Assembly (NCBI GenBank): GCA_963924565.1
Contig: OZ004610.1
Coordinates: 11,532,001-11,596,000 of the forward strand
Direction: 5' to 3'
DNA: 64,000 bases
Source: Ascidiella aspersa
Taxonomy: Eukaryota
Position 1 is the first letter of the stretch. Every line of letters starts with the position of its first letter. Positions 37,792-51,100 of the stretch are shown here, piece after piece. The notes under the pieces were generated by a model. That model worked only from the letters and a program-made list of their open reading frames with translations. It did no database searches and was not told where the DNA came from. The position numbers were made by a program, and so were the translations under genes.

Positions 37792-40700
37792 ATGAAGATT
37801 CTGCTGCTCCTTCTCGCATATGTTGCGGTAAGAAATAAAATTATATTATTACGCTTTGACGTTTTTCGCTATTGCCTGTTGAAGGTCGCCGGCTGCACGG
37901 TGGTGAGTTTACACATAAACCCTAAAATTTTGGTAACCTATACAAGAAGAGTGGCTTGAATAAAACACATGATTTGTTTGTTTTTGTTTTGTTATATTGT
38001 GGGAAATATTACAAAATATGCTTTTCTCTTTTACGATTTGCAGTTTGCGGCCTTGTCGGCTTCGAAATTGTTACTGCGTATGCGTTAGTTGAACTCGGGA
38101 ATCGATGTCTTAAGTTTTTTTGTTTTTGCACGAGCACAAATCAGATGAGACACTACTGCAACTTTTGCTTAAAACAAAAAAAGCTGTAAATCTTTTTTTC
38201 ATTTTCAGGCGACGAACGCGTTCTATTACCGTAGTTACTACTACACGTACGGCTACCGGTACCCGACCAGAAGCTACTACAGCTACAATATCTACTTTGT
38301 CAAATCCTGGTGCACAGTCAGCTACTACTCGCCCATTCTCAAGCTCTACCCTGGCGACGATTGCAAAACCGAGGGTTGGGTCGGTAAGTAATTGTCACAA
38401 ACAAAATATCCAAGTGTTGCAAAAAAATATAGCGTATCGGACACTCCCAGACTTGCAGTCGTATTGTTTTTCATTTAATTCAGTAATTTTGATCCCTGGG
38501 CATTTATATCACTCAAGGCCAACAGCTGCAGGTCGAGTGAGGTTATTATCCCGTCATATGTTAAATCTTCCTATTTTTCTAAGCGACCAAAAACGATCAT
38601 TTCTTAATCATTAGGAATAGAAAAATGTAGAATATTCTAAAACGCTTTAACCTTCCAAAGCCTAAAGATAAATGTATCACGTTTACCAAGCGGTGATTCC
38701 GTTAATTGCATCTATTTTTCAAGCTAAAATAGGCTATTTTCTCACAAATGGGAGAATTTCGCATTTTCAAATTACTTTTCAGAAAAAGATGTCCCAGACG
38801 TCAAACTGGAAATGGAAAATCTGCTCAAAGAAAAACTTCTCGAAATCACCACCCAGATGACAAATAGGCGGGATACCGCTGTCGGTTATGTCGAATCGAT
38901 CCACACGCAGTACAAGGCCTTGTATAAGAGCCGCATGACCACGTACTACCAGTACCTTATCGAGTGAGTGGCAAAAAAACTTTGTATCCTTGCAGGCAGT
39001 GTATATTAATGAATTTCTATTCACTTTTTATGCCAACTCAGCCCATAACTTAGTGCAGCCCAGCCCAGTCCTGCTATATGACGCCTGGCTTGTTTATGTT
39101 TGCTTCGAGAAATTACTTAGCGTCGACATGTTAATGTGAGGTAAAATTTGTCACATTCAGGCTGCAACACTTATTGATCTCTCCAAAACATAGATTGTAA
39201 CAGTTACAATCTCTTAAAATTACGGAAAGCTGTTTAGTTAAAAAACTTCTCACTGTATTATATTTAAAATAAAAAACAAAATCGTTAGTTGCATGTTCGC
39301 TTGGTTGTTATGACTTTCAGCTGCAATGTTAAGCTCGTCCAACCTACAGAACACAAACGAATTTATGGTCTGCCTTTATTTTACGAAGCCGCGCTACAAC
39401 GGAAACGGAAAAGACAGAAATTGCGGCAAAGAGGGACCTAGAAATCAAACAATACGACGATAAACTGGATGCCACCAAAACCCGATTCGAGACCAACTAC
39501 AATTTGAGAATTGAGTCGAAGCTCAACTTAGTCAAGGCTTTCCACGCCCAGCTCTTGGGAAAGTAAGTAAAATCAAAAAGAGTGGTGCCCATCAAACGTT
39601 GTTTATCGCCTTCTGAAAAGCACCATAGGTTGTGAGCAGTGGTGGGATTCAGCCGGTTCACATCGGTTCTATAGGACCGCCTCGCGAAATTTTATGAGAT
39701 CAGCAAACCGGTTAGTTAGCATGACTGGTTACTGTCAATAGAATTTTGCATCTTATCTGATACACCGATTTTTTATATCTAAATAGCTCATGTGTTCTTT
39801 TTTCTTAAAATGTACAATGGTCAAGTTTAAACGTAACAGACATCCATTGTGTTAATTTCATAATTGTAGTAATTTTTCTTTTGTGATTTTTTTTATCTGA
39901 AAATTAAACTGTTGCGTCTTAAGTACAAATAGTCATGGGAAGACGACTGCTGCTTTTAGTGTGAATGTTCGCAGTGATGTGATTCAGCCGGTTCGCACCA
40001 AACGATGGAACATGGAGTAACATTCTGTTTGTGCATCTACTTTTATTATTTGCGCGTTTTAACGTAACCACGATTTGCTCGTGTAACAGGGCCGAGCAAT
40101 GTCTCATTTCGAGGAAGGCCAACATCGAAAAGTTTAAGCTGCAGCTGGACGCCTCGCTCAAGGCGTACGTCGACAGATACACCGCTCTCCACGCCGCTCG
40201 CGTTGCCAAGAAGGTGGCCTACTACAAGGCACTTCTTATCCGTGTCCACGGTAAGTACGGTCCTCTTTGCTGGGAAGGTAAATCGTTTCCGACCAGTCCT
40301 AACACTAAATTGTCTTAGGTGAATTAAAACCGTTCAATGTTATTTAAATAGTGGTTAATTTAACTTAACAATCGGTAACTAATCTTTTAAATAATAATTG
40401 ATTCTAATATTAATTTTACTAATTATATGCCTTATTTTTTACAAGAATTTAGGATTTCTGTTTACGTTCTTCATATAGATGTTGAAAATGAATAGAGATA
40501 TTTGAAAACTTTAAAAATGATACCTACTTCCGTATGGGCTTTGATATTCTTATTACGTCCTTGATATTATTTTGTTGTTGATATATCTGTATATATCCGT
40601 AAAAAACATTTAATCCGGAAACAGTGGCAAAAAGCCTTAACCCGGTTTATAAACTGTTAAGTTAACACTTTTGCATTGGTCATTGAATTGCAGCTATTTC

Positions 40701-43073
40701 AAATCAATAGGTGACGAAGAATGGAAGAAAACAGAAACCCAGGCACTTGTGGACGCCTACAGCACTGCCGAGCTTGCAAAAAGCGAGGGCACCGACGGTT
40801 ACCTGAAGAAAATAGAAGAGTACAAAGAAAAGCTGATCCAACGCTACTGCTGCGCTAGCCGCTGTGGTCTTTGCAACGGGTGCTACTACTACTACAAGAA
40901 GTATTATACCAGCTACAGGTAATTGGAAAACGACCTCTTTATTTGGAAAACCATCTGGTAATTTGGAAAACTTACTCTCTTGTTTGACAAGAATTGGTAA
41001 TTGCCCTAACCTGACACAAATAGACGAAATTACTGAAGTTGCATTAATCCTCAACTTTTTAATGCTATGCTTTTCTTTTTAGTTACAGTCTCGGGAGTTG
41101 GTGGATATACAGACCGGTCACCAGTTACAGTACCTCCTGCTATTATAACTTCAAAGAAACTGCCCTTCCCCAATGGCGCACAGTCAAATACTCGGATTTG
41201 GTTACCTGTGATGTCGGTAAGGGTCTAACAAAACGTCATAATCTTATAGTTATTTTTTAGATGTGATTTTTAAATCGGTCTCTTTTCATTCTCGTTAATG
41301 TCAAATAAACACAAAAGTGCAGTTAGAAAAACATGCAAATAAACCGCACGTTTTTAAGTATTCGGTCGAAATTAGCCAATGCCTGCCTGAAAACAATAAT
41401 AATTTGGACTTAAATTTTCGTATGGTGTCTAACTTTTCTCCTTTATTTTCAGACGCCGTCAATGTACCAGCGGCCGACGCCGGCAATGAATTCACCAAAG
41501 CTTGTGACAAGGCTGTTGAAGATACAAGGGCGAGGTTTGCCACCTGGAAGGCTAAGTGGATGGACCATTGCAGCAGAATCGAGACCTACTACAAAACCCT
41601 TGTCGACTCAAGGCTTAACTGGGTTGTCAGATACTACACGCTTGTCTTTCAGGCCAGGTATTGACACCACTTTCATAAATGCATTTATCAACCGGCCAAC
41701 TCGTATTCCGGTTGGTGCAATTTAAATTTGCCAATATTTCCAATAGTAGGATTTATGAACGATAAATTACAACCACTCCCGAGGTACCATGGCGAAACAA
41801 ATGTGCCATGCAAAATGTCGGCGAATTAACTTTTAAGATCCGTATGACAAAACGTGTGACTTGGGTAGTCAAGTCAGTAGTGAAACACTGGCATAAAGAC
41901 TGGGTGCTTGTTTAGTTCAAAAAAATTATACACTTATATCCAAGTTAAAGCAAAAGTTATTATCATCGCGTGAAAATTCCCTGCTTTCTCTCGGAAGTTT
42001 CGCCGAGTGGTTTCTTCTCGAATTGGAACACTCTACCCAATACTAATTAATTTTTGCAGGAACAACAGCCTAACCCTGAGCCCAGCGCAGGAGGCCTACA
42101 TCGCATCGCTCAAATTACAAAATGAAGGCAGATGCATCGCTGCTTGTTCAACGTACAAGGCCAGTCTGGAGGCATCTTTGGCAACCGCCGAAGCTACTTT
42201 TGAAACCAATATCACTGCCTACAAAGAAAAGCTTGCAACCTTCCTGGATAGCTTTGTTGCTAAGTACAAGGAGTGTTTGGATGCTCGTACTAAAAAGATC
42301 GACGCATATAAGCTTGAGCTGGAGTCCGGTCAAGCCACTTTGAAAGCGACGCTGACTGCCCAACTCGAAGCAGTAAGAATAACTTTAGCATAAATACATA
42401 AGCATATAATAAACGGCTTAATAAACAGCATAATGTATAAGCATAATCAACAGAAAAAGACTTCGTAACTGTTTTTATTACTAAATAGTCTAGGTTCACG
42501 GTTTACTGGCGTGTTTGACTATTCGGTTCAAATTCACGCCGTCCTAAAAATGTGCGAACGGTCAAAGGACACACAAGATTGAAAAACTTAAGTTAAGCTA
42601 ACCATGTTGTTTTGCAGTACGTCACAGACAACAAGGCCGCCTATGAGAAAATGCTCAAGCACTTCCACGGCGAAGAGCTTCCCGCCGAAGCACAGACCAT
42701 GCTGACTTGCTACGAGACGCTGCTGCAGGGAAAGAGCGACGAGGTTTCTACCGATTTCGACACTAACTACGCCGACATGATTCCCAAGCTCGTCATGCAC
42801 ATGGCTTGCACCGAAAAGTGCATTTCCCAGGCCGCCACTTCCTTCCCGGCCTACACGTTCAGCTACTATTACTTCTGGCGTTACACCTATCCCACCTACA
42901 CCAGATACACCTACTTGCTTGGCTTCTACCAGTAAGTTAAAATTTCAAATTATTTTGTATTTTGTTTTTAATTACAAGTATTAATATTTAACTAATGATT
43001 TGTTTTCAGGCGATACCGCTACATCCGTGTCAGCTACCGATACAGCTCACGGCGATACGTTTTGCTGTACTAG
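37792..43073 (+). CDS. Secreted Tyr-rich two-repeat helical protein, copy 2, 654 aa; join(37792..37827,38209..38383,38783..38963,39389..39562,40090..40250,40711..40918,41083..41216,41453..41657,42060..42372,42618..42931,43010..43073)
   Basis: Same exon lengths and splice sites as copy 1 with an intact frame; by eye, two amino-acid differences (exon 4 A>T, exon 8 E>A). Confidence 0.88.
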
Positions 43074-44460
43074 ACGTACAGCATTCGCCAAATCACCGGC
43101 CATCCAAACAAGGCACTCTCTGTGCCAATGTTTTGTAGTTTTTAGTTGTAGCGTCGCCAATAAAAGGCTGTGTGAAATTCCAAGTTGTTATTTTTGCTTC
43201 TAAGTTTATCTGAGTATTTTAGCCAATTAAAGACCAAAAAGGTTACATGATGTAAAATGACTGATTAAGTTTCACAGAGAATAATGTAATATAGATTACC
43301 ATAGAATTTTTTATGTAAAAATCAAGACTCGTTGTTATCAAAAACTATTAAACCAATTTGTTTATTGCCATACAGACGATTATTGATTAAATTGAGAATT
43401 TAAATATATCACAGCATTTTAATAGTTTTTTTTTTCGTTAAATTATACAAAAAATAATCGACGTAAGTAATACGGTGGGTGAAACTTTATTCACGGCCTT
43501 ACCTCTTTGTGTATTACCGCGACAATACGATGAAATACGATTTGGAGAATATTGGAAACATCGTATTTGGAGAATATTTGCTATTTGCACCTGTTCTGTA
43601 TGTTACTCCAATCCAACATATCTACACACAATTATAAGTTGTGTATAATAATATAATAACTTATGGCTTTGAAGCGAAGGGGGTTCAAATATGGCGTAGA
43701 TTTTGGCAAATGATCGAAACATACATTTGATCAATCAAAATTTACGTAGATAATGCTTACGGCCATGTTATTACATTTTGGTCAGCTAGCATGTTTAAAA
43801 AGTCAATATTTTCATTCTCTCTAAATGATTTAACGTCTATGGTTTGCTATACTTTTTCCAACTTTTACTGTGTAAATTTTTACCATGCCTTGGTCTGAGC
43901 AATCACTGTTGAAACAGAGTTTAAATCTGTAGTTTTGAGCAATATGCAAACACGTTTATGTGCCTAATAAGCCACGTTTTATATTGAAAGTTTTGCCAAT
44001 TTAAATCCAATAAACGCAAGATTTATAAATAATAATACTTGAATTTGATATGCCAAATGAAAAATGATAACTATTTGTTCATATGTACTCTAATTTTTCA
44101 AAATCTGATAACCAATCAAATGAACTTTGAAACACGGAATTCTATGAAACGCGCGAACGTTTAAAATTGTTCATGCGAAACTGGTCACGTGGTTAACAGT
44201 TGCAAAATGTAAACAGAGTTCAGTACGGTTTCATCCGTTTACAAAGTTTATACCGCTTTTAGCTGAAAGGGTTGCGCAAATATTCATTTAATTAAAGTGA
44301 TATTATGTGAACTTTTTTAAGCGCTTATAAACTAAACACTTGGTTACAACCTTGTCATCGAAAAATAATATCTAAACTGGGTTTCAATCCTTGTAAGTGT
44401 AGCTTAAGGCTCGACAAACATTTAATGTAATATAAAGGTCATACTAAACTTGAATTTTCA

Positions 44461-44595
44461 GTTTCTATTCTTTTCATTGAATAGCCTCCTGTAACGCTTG
44501 ATTCTGTTTCTATTCTTTTCATTGAATAGCCTTCTGTAACGCTTGATTCTGTTTCTATTCTTTTCATTGAATAGCCTCCTGTAACGCTTGATTCT
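44461..44595. repeat. 45-bp tandem repeat x3 (single unit in duplication copy 1)
   Basis: GTTTCTATTCTTTTCATTGAATAGCC(T/C)...GTAACGCTTGATTCT three times; once near 35205. Confidence 0.9.
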
Positions 44596-45181
44596 GTTAG
44601 TTAAGATGCAAGGGATATATGGTTTCCAGGTTAGAACGGCCTGCAGTGCACTAGGGGATTTGTACTCGGCCGCGGTCATAGCCGGGCATTTCATGTAAAA
44701 TCAACGTAAAATGCGGTCAGCCGCGAAAAATAGCTCAAACGTGCAAAACTTTTGTCACACTAACAGTTTTGAAACTGGTATTGTGTGACCCAGGTTGGAA
44801 AGTTTAACCCACACAGTTGCACTCTTCGCCACGGTCTTAGCTGCGCATTTTGTGTAAAATTGCCGTAAAATGCCATCTGCAAAGAAACATCAAAATTTTG
44901 TTGCTTCTGGTTTTCTCTATAGTATGTTATTTTCAGCCATGCAAGTTTTAGAAATAACGTTATTCCAGCTACCCAAATTTAAGCAGAAATTTTATTCCAG
45001 CCAAACATATTTAATAAATGCATTGTCTGCATAATATTTTAAGTTTCAAATCCGGAGTGTGACCTGGCATTTCAACTTCAACAAGATGTACTAATTTTTT
45101 TCTTATCTATCCCTCTTTTTATGTCAATAGGAATATAAGGCAAATGTATTGTGTGGACATCTGCTAACATAGGTCCAAAAT

Positions 45182-48100
45182 ATGGAGGTTTCACCTGAGG
45201 CTCAAGGTGTTGATCTTTTGTTTAAAAAGTTAGGTAAGTGTGTACCGTACCCTGTTTGTACCACCTGAATTTATGAAACACAATTAAAACACCAGTAACG
45301 TGGAAGCTGTACAGTGAATCTTTAGAAGTGTTTAAAAAGTAATTTAAGGTATTGATCGTGTTCTACCATAGATCAGATTTTGTTAAAATAAACCTCTGCA
45401 TCTTACTGATATAAAAGTAACCTGCTCATTTGGAAAGTATGGCAGATCTCAACAAGATTGTGTGGGTGTACAGCTGAAGAAATCTGTTCGACAGGGTACA
45501 CCAATGGTCAAAAGTGTTTCCCGCTTATGTACCTATAGTAAACCAGGGTGCATATTTTTTTTATTTTTTGGGGTGAAGTTTGGGTCAGTTAAAAAACTTG
45601 TGAGTGTATTTGCCATACTTTCCACCATGGGAGAATCCTCACATTTTAATAGTAAGTGGTAAAAGCTTCCTTTATACAAGGCACAGTGATATTTAATTGT
45701 TTAATTTTTAAGTAGTATATGTACTGTATCTTCGCAGGACATAACATTGCTGAAATTCGAACTCGGGCATTAGAAAGCATTTGGTCCAAACTGGAACATG
45801 GCTTGATTCATGATGCTGACTTAGTTCAAGAAAAACAGCTTATGATTCGGCTTCTGGAGTGGTTTAACTTCAATCCATCACCAAAGCAAGACCTGGTGTT
45901 ACAACTTCTTGCTAGGCTGGTTAAAGTAAATGATACTTCAATAAAATAAAACTCCGTATTAGTTTTGGGCAAAAAAATTATCCAGAGCATAAAAAATTCA
46001 TGCCTGAAGGAAAGTATTGTCAAATATAGATAGAACTTGTAGTCTTAAATTGCCAAATTCTATTTCACTGTGATTCCTGTGTGATTTTAAAACATTGGTT
46101 ATTTGTATGTAAGTCGGTCCCGCAATTCCCGCTTCTCTGGTCTAATGTACACTTTTGATAATGTGTATAACAATTTAGATCTGTTTGCAAAAAAAGGTAT
46201 TTAAAAAAATTGCTTAAATGCTTATTAACAGGCTGAGAGAATCTTGCCAGCTTTCTGGTGACAAGCGTTTTTGGCCTACATTTTTTTTTTTAATGTTTCA
46301 ACCTTTCCATGTTTAGGCAATGAACAAGGCTATTACGAATTAAATTAGTTAAAAAAGTGTAAAATTTATTGTGGCATAAACAAATACATATAAAAGGGGC
46401 ATCCTAAAGTAGAACTTTAAAAATTAAATTTTTTTTTTCACCAATTTCTTCGGTTTTCTGGCTCATTCTTCGGCTGACATAGTCGCCAAGCCGCCAGCAT
46501 TCTGCCATACTGCTTATTAACATAAATCATGTCATTATTCTGTTCTTATATGCAGCATTCTTCAGCTTGTGATTTGCTGGTTTCTGTTGGGGCTGTCACA
46601 TTTCTGTCTCAGTTAAGAACAGATGCAGACTCGGACTTCAGACCACAAATCGATGTTATTATAGACAAGCTCCTTCACGTTACTGACCGTGACTTGCTTC
46701 AGGCTCGAACTTTGCCTCGTCGCTGTGTGTATGGAAAATCTAATTATGAAACTGGTAAATGTTTAGTTTCATCAATTAGAAAAAAAATGCTTCAACTGAA
46801 CTTGCTTTAGTTTTAATTTTATAAAGATCGTATGTGTTATTTGTTTTAAATATTTACAATAACTTTACCAACTTCAAAGGCAGAAACTATAGTTTGCTGC
46901 TAATTACCCTAAGTTGGTTTGATTAATAGCACTTCACTGAACTATTATATTGCTTTCCCGAATTATTTCTGAAAAAAATAAAATATGGCCTTATTTAACT
47001 AAATGTGCATTGATGTATACATAATTTGTTTTTTCTAGCAAATGAAAAGTCAATTAAAATTGTGGAGCAACCGACTTATGGATACTTTACATCAGCAGCA
47101 GAAAATGACATGGATGAAACAGTATGTACAAACAGTATATATAGCATTTTAAATAGTTTAAACAGCTATGTATACACTATGCACGGATCTGTAATGTAGC
47201 GTGATAATGATTTGCAAAGCCAAAAAGATCGAGTAGATTGGCAGCATCTTGATTAAGACTGTGAAGCAAACTGAAGATGATACAATTTCATATCTACTCA
47301 ACCTTTTTAGCTTTGCAATTCAATATCAAAATTAACAGCTATAAATTTGTACTATATTGTCCAGCAATTTCATTTTCAAAATTTTAAACAGGCATCAACA
47401 ATGACACCACCTTTTCCCAAAACCCCTGACACTCGCATCAATTTACCAACCACCAGCGATCCAGACTGCATGCGTTTTGCTGGCTTCCCCTGGCACTCAC
47501 TTACCGGCACAGATCGGCATGTTTTGGCTTCAACCGGTGCCTCGCTTTGTTCTCCCAGTACTCATCTCGTCAGAAATGCTTGTGCTTTTCTGCTGGATGT
47601 GATTTTTCGTGACTTCCCCCCGGAAATATTTCTACAAAGACCGAGCATTGTTCAGGTGACGTCATATATGATAAAATAAGCATATGTTATAGGTAAATTT
47701 AGTCGACGTCCTGGCATTCCAATGTCTACTTGGCCCCATCAAGCCTGTTGACTCCAGTGTTACCCTGGCAACACACATTTGCAATCATGATAAGTGTAAT
47801 TTGGTAAAAGATAAGAAACTCATATTGTTTACAATTTTATTACATTATATATACTAAAGTAACTTTTGGGTAAAATTATTTACTTACTATTAAAGAGACT
47901 GTTTATTATATTCCCACTTCTAATGTAGCATTGTCCATTTGACTGTTTTAATACAATTGTGAAGCTACATATTAATAAAATACTATATAATATCATGTCA
48001 AATACCCTATTCAGAGTATAAGTTTGTCTGTACATTTTTCCTTTGCTTGCAGACTTTACTAACTTTGATAAGTTCAAGACCTGGCGGTCAGCTCATGACT

Positions 48101-51100
48101 GGTGCTTTGGACTGTTTGCAGTCACTGGCCATAGGAGTCTTAGCAAGACTTCACTATTTCCAGGATCCTGCCCTGTATTGTCCGCGCCAGGGTGAGTGGT
48201 GTTTTGTTTTAAGACTATATATATTAAAATTTTGACTTTTTGTTCTGCCAAGGTAATCATGCTTAGTTTTAATTGTAAATTTTTACGTCCTTATTGACAG
48301 ATCTTACATAAATAAATCCCTTGGCTTTTCCTTAAAGAATATATGTAAATTATTGGTTGTGCCGTAATCAAATACTTTTAAAAAGTTGATTGGTGACTCG
48401 TGACTTATTAGCATAACTTAACCAAGGCTGCAAATATAGTTAGGCTTTTATAAAAATAGACAAAATGATTGATAACAAAATGTTTATTAATAAAATTGAT
48501 CCACCTGTGATGTATCGTTTGCTGGATTATTATAGGTTGTAGTTTGGTTTTTAAAACAGAGCACCGACCATATTTTATTTTTTTCCTTATGCTGGTTGCT
48601 CTGCTCGCTCTGATAAAAATTTTGTTTATATCCAGCTGTGACCATGCCACTTATTAAGGTCCCAAGTATGGTCTTCAACATGGTTTACTAACATTGTAAT
48701 AACTCTTAATTAAGGAATCACTGCCTTACACGCCTCACTTGTAAAATATGTCCTTAAAATGAAAACAGGCAGTACACAGTGTAGTGGCGTGGCGCTGCTG
48801 ACTTGCCATTTCGTAAAGGTCTACTCTCGAGAAGTAATTTGCTGTTAACGCTTTAAACCTAATGTGACGCAGGTCTGCCGTTCCATAGCGACAGTCGAAG
48901 CGGGACGCGCCTTTCCAGCGTCGATTCCTTCTCGCCGAGCGAGATTGGCTCCAGGGAGGGCGGGGACGGAGCCCTCCGGTTCGAGCGAAGCGTCGGGGAC
49001 GGAAGGGACGATCATTCGAGCTCTTCTGCCTCTTCTACCCGGGCTAGGTTGGTTCGACCACTTCTGCCGGTGTTAACCCGTTATAGCCGCTCGAAAAAGT
49101 CTAATCAATTCGTGTCGGTGGGAATAATGGTTTCACTGCGCAGTTGTCTGCGTATGTTAATCGCATGTTTTTAATTTTATATATAATAGTTATCTCTACT
49201 TTTATATATTACTTCATCAATCTCTTGTTTTTTAGCAACAATTTAACGTCTATGATGGGTTTTAATTCCTTGAATTAAAGTGTTTCGTGCTTGATCATGA
49301 CAATACCTCAATTTAGTAAAAATAAGCCACAATTTTAATTTTTTTACTGCAGCCCTAAAACACAGTTTTCCTAATGGATACTTTTCTAGAATCTGCTTAA
49401 CTTTGTTCACTTAACCTAGCATATACGTTGTTCCTTCATTCTTTTGCGATTTCATTCACAACTATACCCTTGCTTTGAAACAAAATGAGCCTATACCTAA
49501 AAAGCAAAAAAAAGACTAGTTGGTCTCGCAAAACAAAACAATTTCAAAAGTTACAACTTTTCCGCAGTATACAAGGGCTCGGAAGGCAGCAGACGACTGC
49601 CTCTCAGTCGCACCTTCCCTTCAATCCCGGCTTCAGCTCGCTCACTTGGAACTCTAGTGACATCGATGATGAGACGGAAAGCAACATCCCGGCACTCAAG
49701 CGCTCTCAGATCACCGCTCCTCAGTTTGGCTTGGCCGCTCTAGTCGCCGCCCTGCCATCCACCAAGACGGACAGCCCACGCCTCGCCCTCAGTCTGCTCC
49801 AGGTTTGTCCAATTGTTTTCACTTCGAGGTAACTTGTGGTTTAGTTCATTTAATTATATAGTAGTGGTAATGTAAGGTAATTACATAGAACTTTTTTGTC
49901 CTGGTCGAACGATGAAGCATTGTGTTTTGGTTTTGGACGAACATAGTTCTGCAACCAATCACTATTTTTTTCTTAAATATAAAACCGTGTACTCGTGCGT
50001 ACAACTGTAATCTGCCAATGTTAACGGTACAACACATATAGATTTTTACACAAAAGTACTGTCAGTCTCCTGCTTTACGACTAAGTTTGGGGAGCTCAGT
50101 TGGTAAAAGCACAGCGCCGACATGGCAAGAATCTTGAGTTAAAATATTATCACAAGCTAGTGTTTCTAGCCTTGCAAGGAGTTCTTTGGTGTGCCTGGTT
50201 TTGGTCAATATCGTTTTTTAACCAATCAACTTAATGACTGTGGAAGAGTACAGTTTGTCATCACAATAATAAGTTTAGTTACCCAAAATAACCATTTTCC
50301 TATTTATTCAGGCCTGCAGTCCGCTGGTGAACCTCGTGTGCAGAACAATTAAGGCTGACAAGCTTTGGACGGACAGGTCGGCTGCGGCGCAAAGTTTGGT
50401 AAGGCTCATTTTTCTTTAAATCACTTTGTGTTTGTAAGTATTTATTTTAATTAATGACATTTTGAGCCCATTTTTTGTGTTTTTATGTTTAATGCCGACA
50501 TACACCGTATTTAATACGTATGTGCACTTTTAACTTTGGTTTAACTTTGAGTAATATAAAAAAGACGCGCTGACCAACGCAGACCTGTCCTATATAAAAT
50601 GCAAACTTAAAAGCACCAAGTTTTCCGTACATCTTATAACGTTTAATAGGGGTTTTCGGTGTCATTTTAATATCATATTTTTGCAATGTCGAACCAGCTA
50701 TCGCCGTTTCGTCGCCGTACCTAAAATTGCTTCTCGTTTGTAATTACCCCCTCATTTTAACACAATCAAATGCCCTTCCAGCAAACGCAAGCTCGCCAGC
50801 TGTTCGAGATAGCGGGTCTTTCTGCGTTGTACCACTACAACATGGGAGACGCCGTCGTTACCGGGCGTGATGACGTGGCGTGCTCTGATTGGGTGGACAA
50901 GCTTTGGACCGGCAGCGAGGTACAAAATCATCGTCTGGTTTTTAACGGGATCGTAGCGCTGCTGATGAAATTGCTCAAAGGAGTTCTGCCTTTGGAAACG
51001 GTATGTGTTTCATTTATTTTAATATAGAAAAACCTTGAGTTGGTGCAAATGGAATTAGAAATGTAAATATTTTTCGCTGTTAACATTAATGAAAATAAAT

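Larger units (their letters stand above)
36684..45969 (+). repeat. Tandem segmental duplication, copy 2 (~9.3 kb)
   Basis: Near-identical to 27759..36629 and continues into the complete RTTN gene. Confidence 0.95.

Noticed and set aside
44458-44694. ORF with a 15-aa repeat (NRIKRYRRLFNEKNR)
   Set aside because: By-product of the non-coding 45-bp tandem repeat.
50089-50165. Functional tRNA gene
   Set aside because: Only the D-arm/A-box is recognisable; the acceptor stem and T-arm do not pair.
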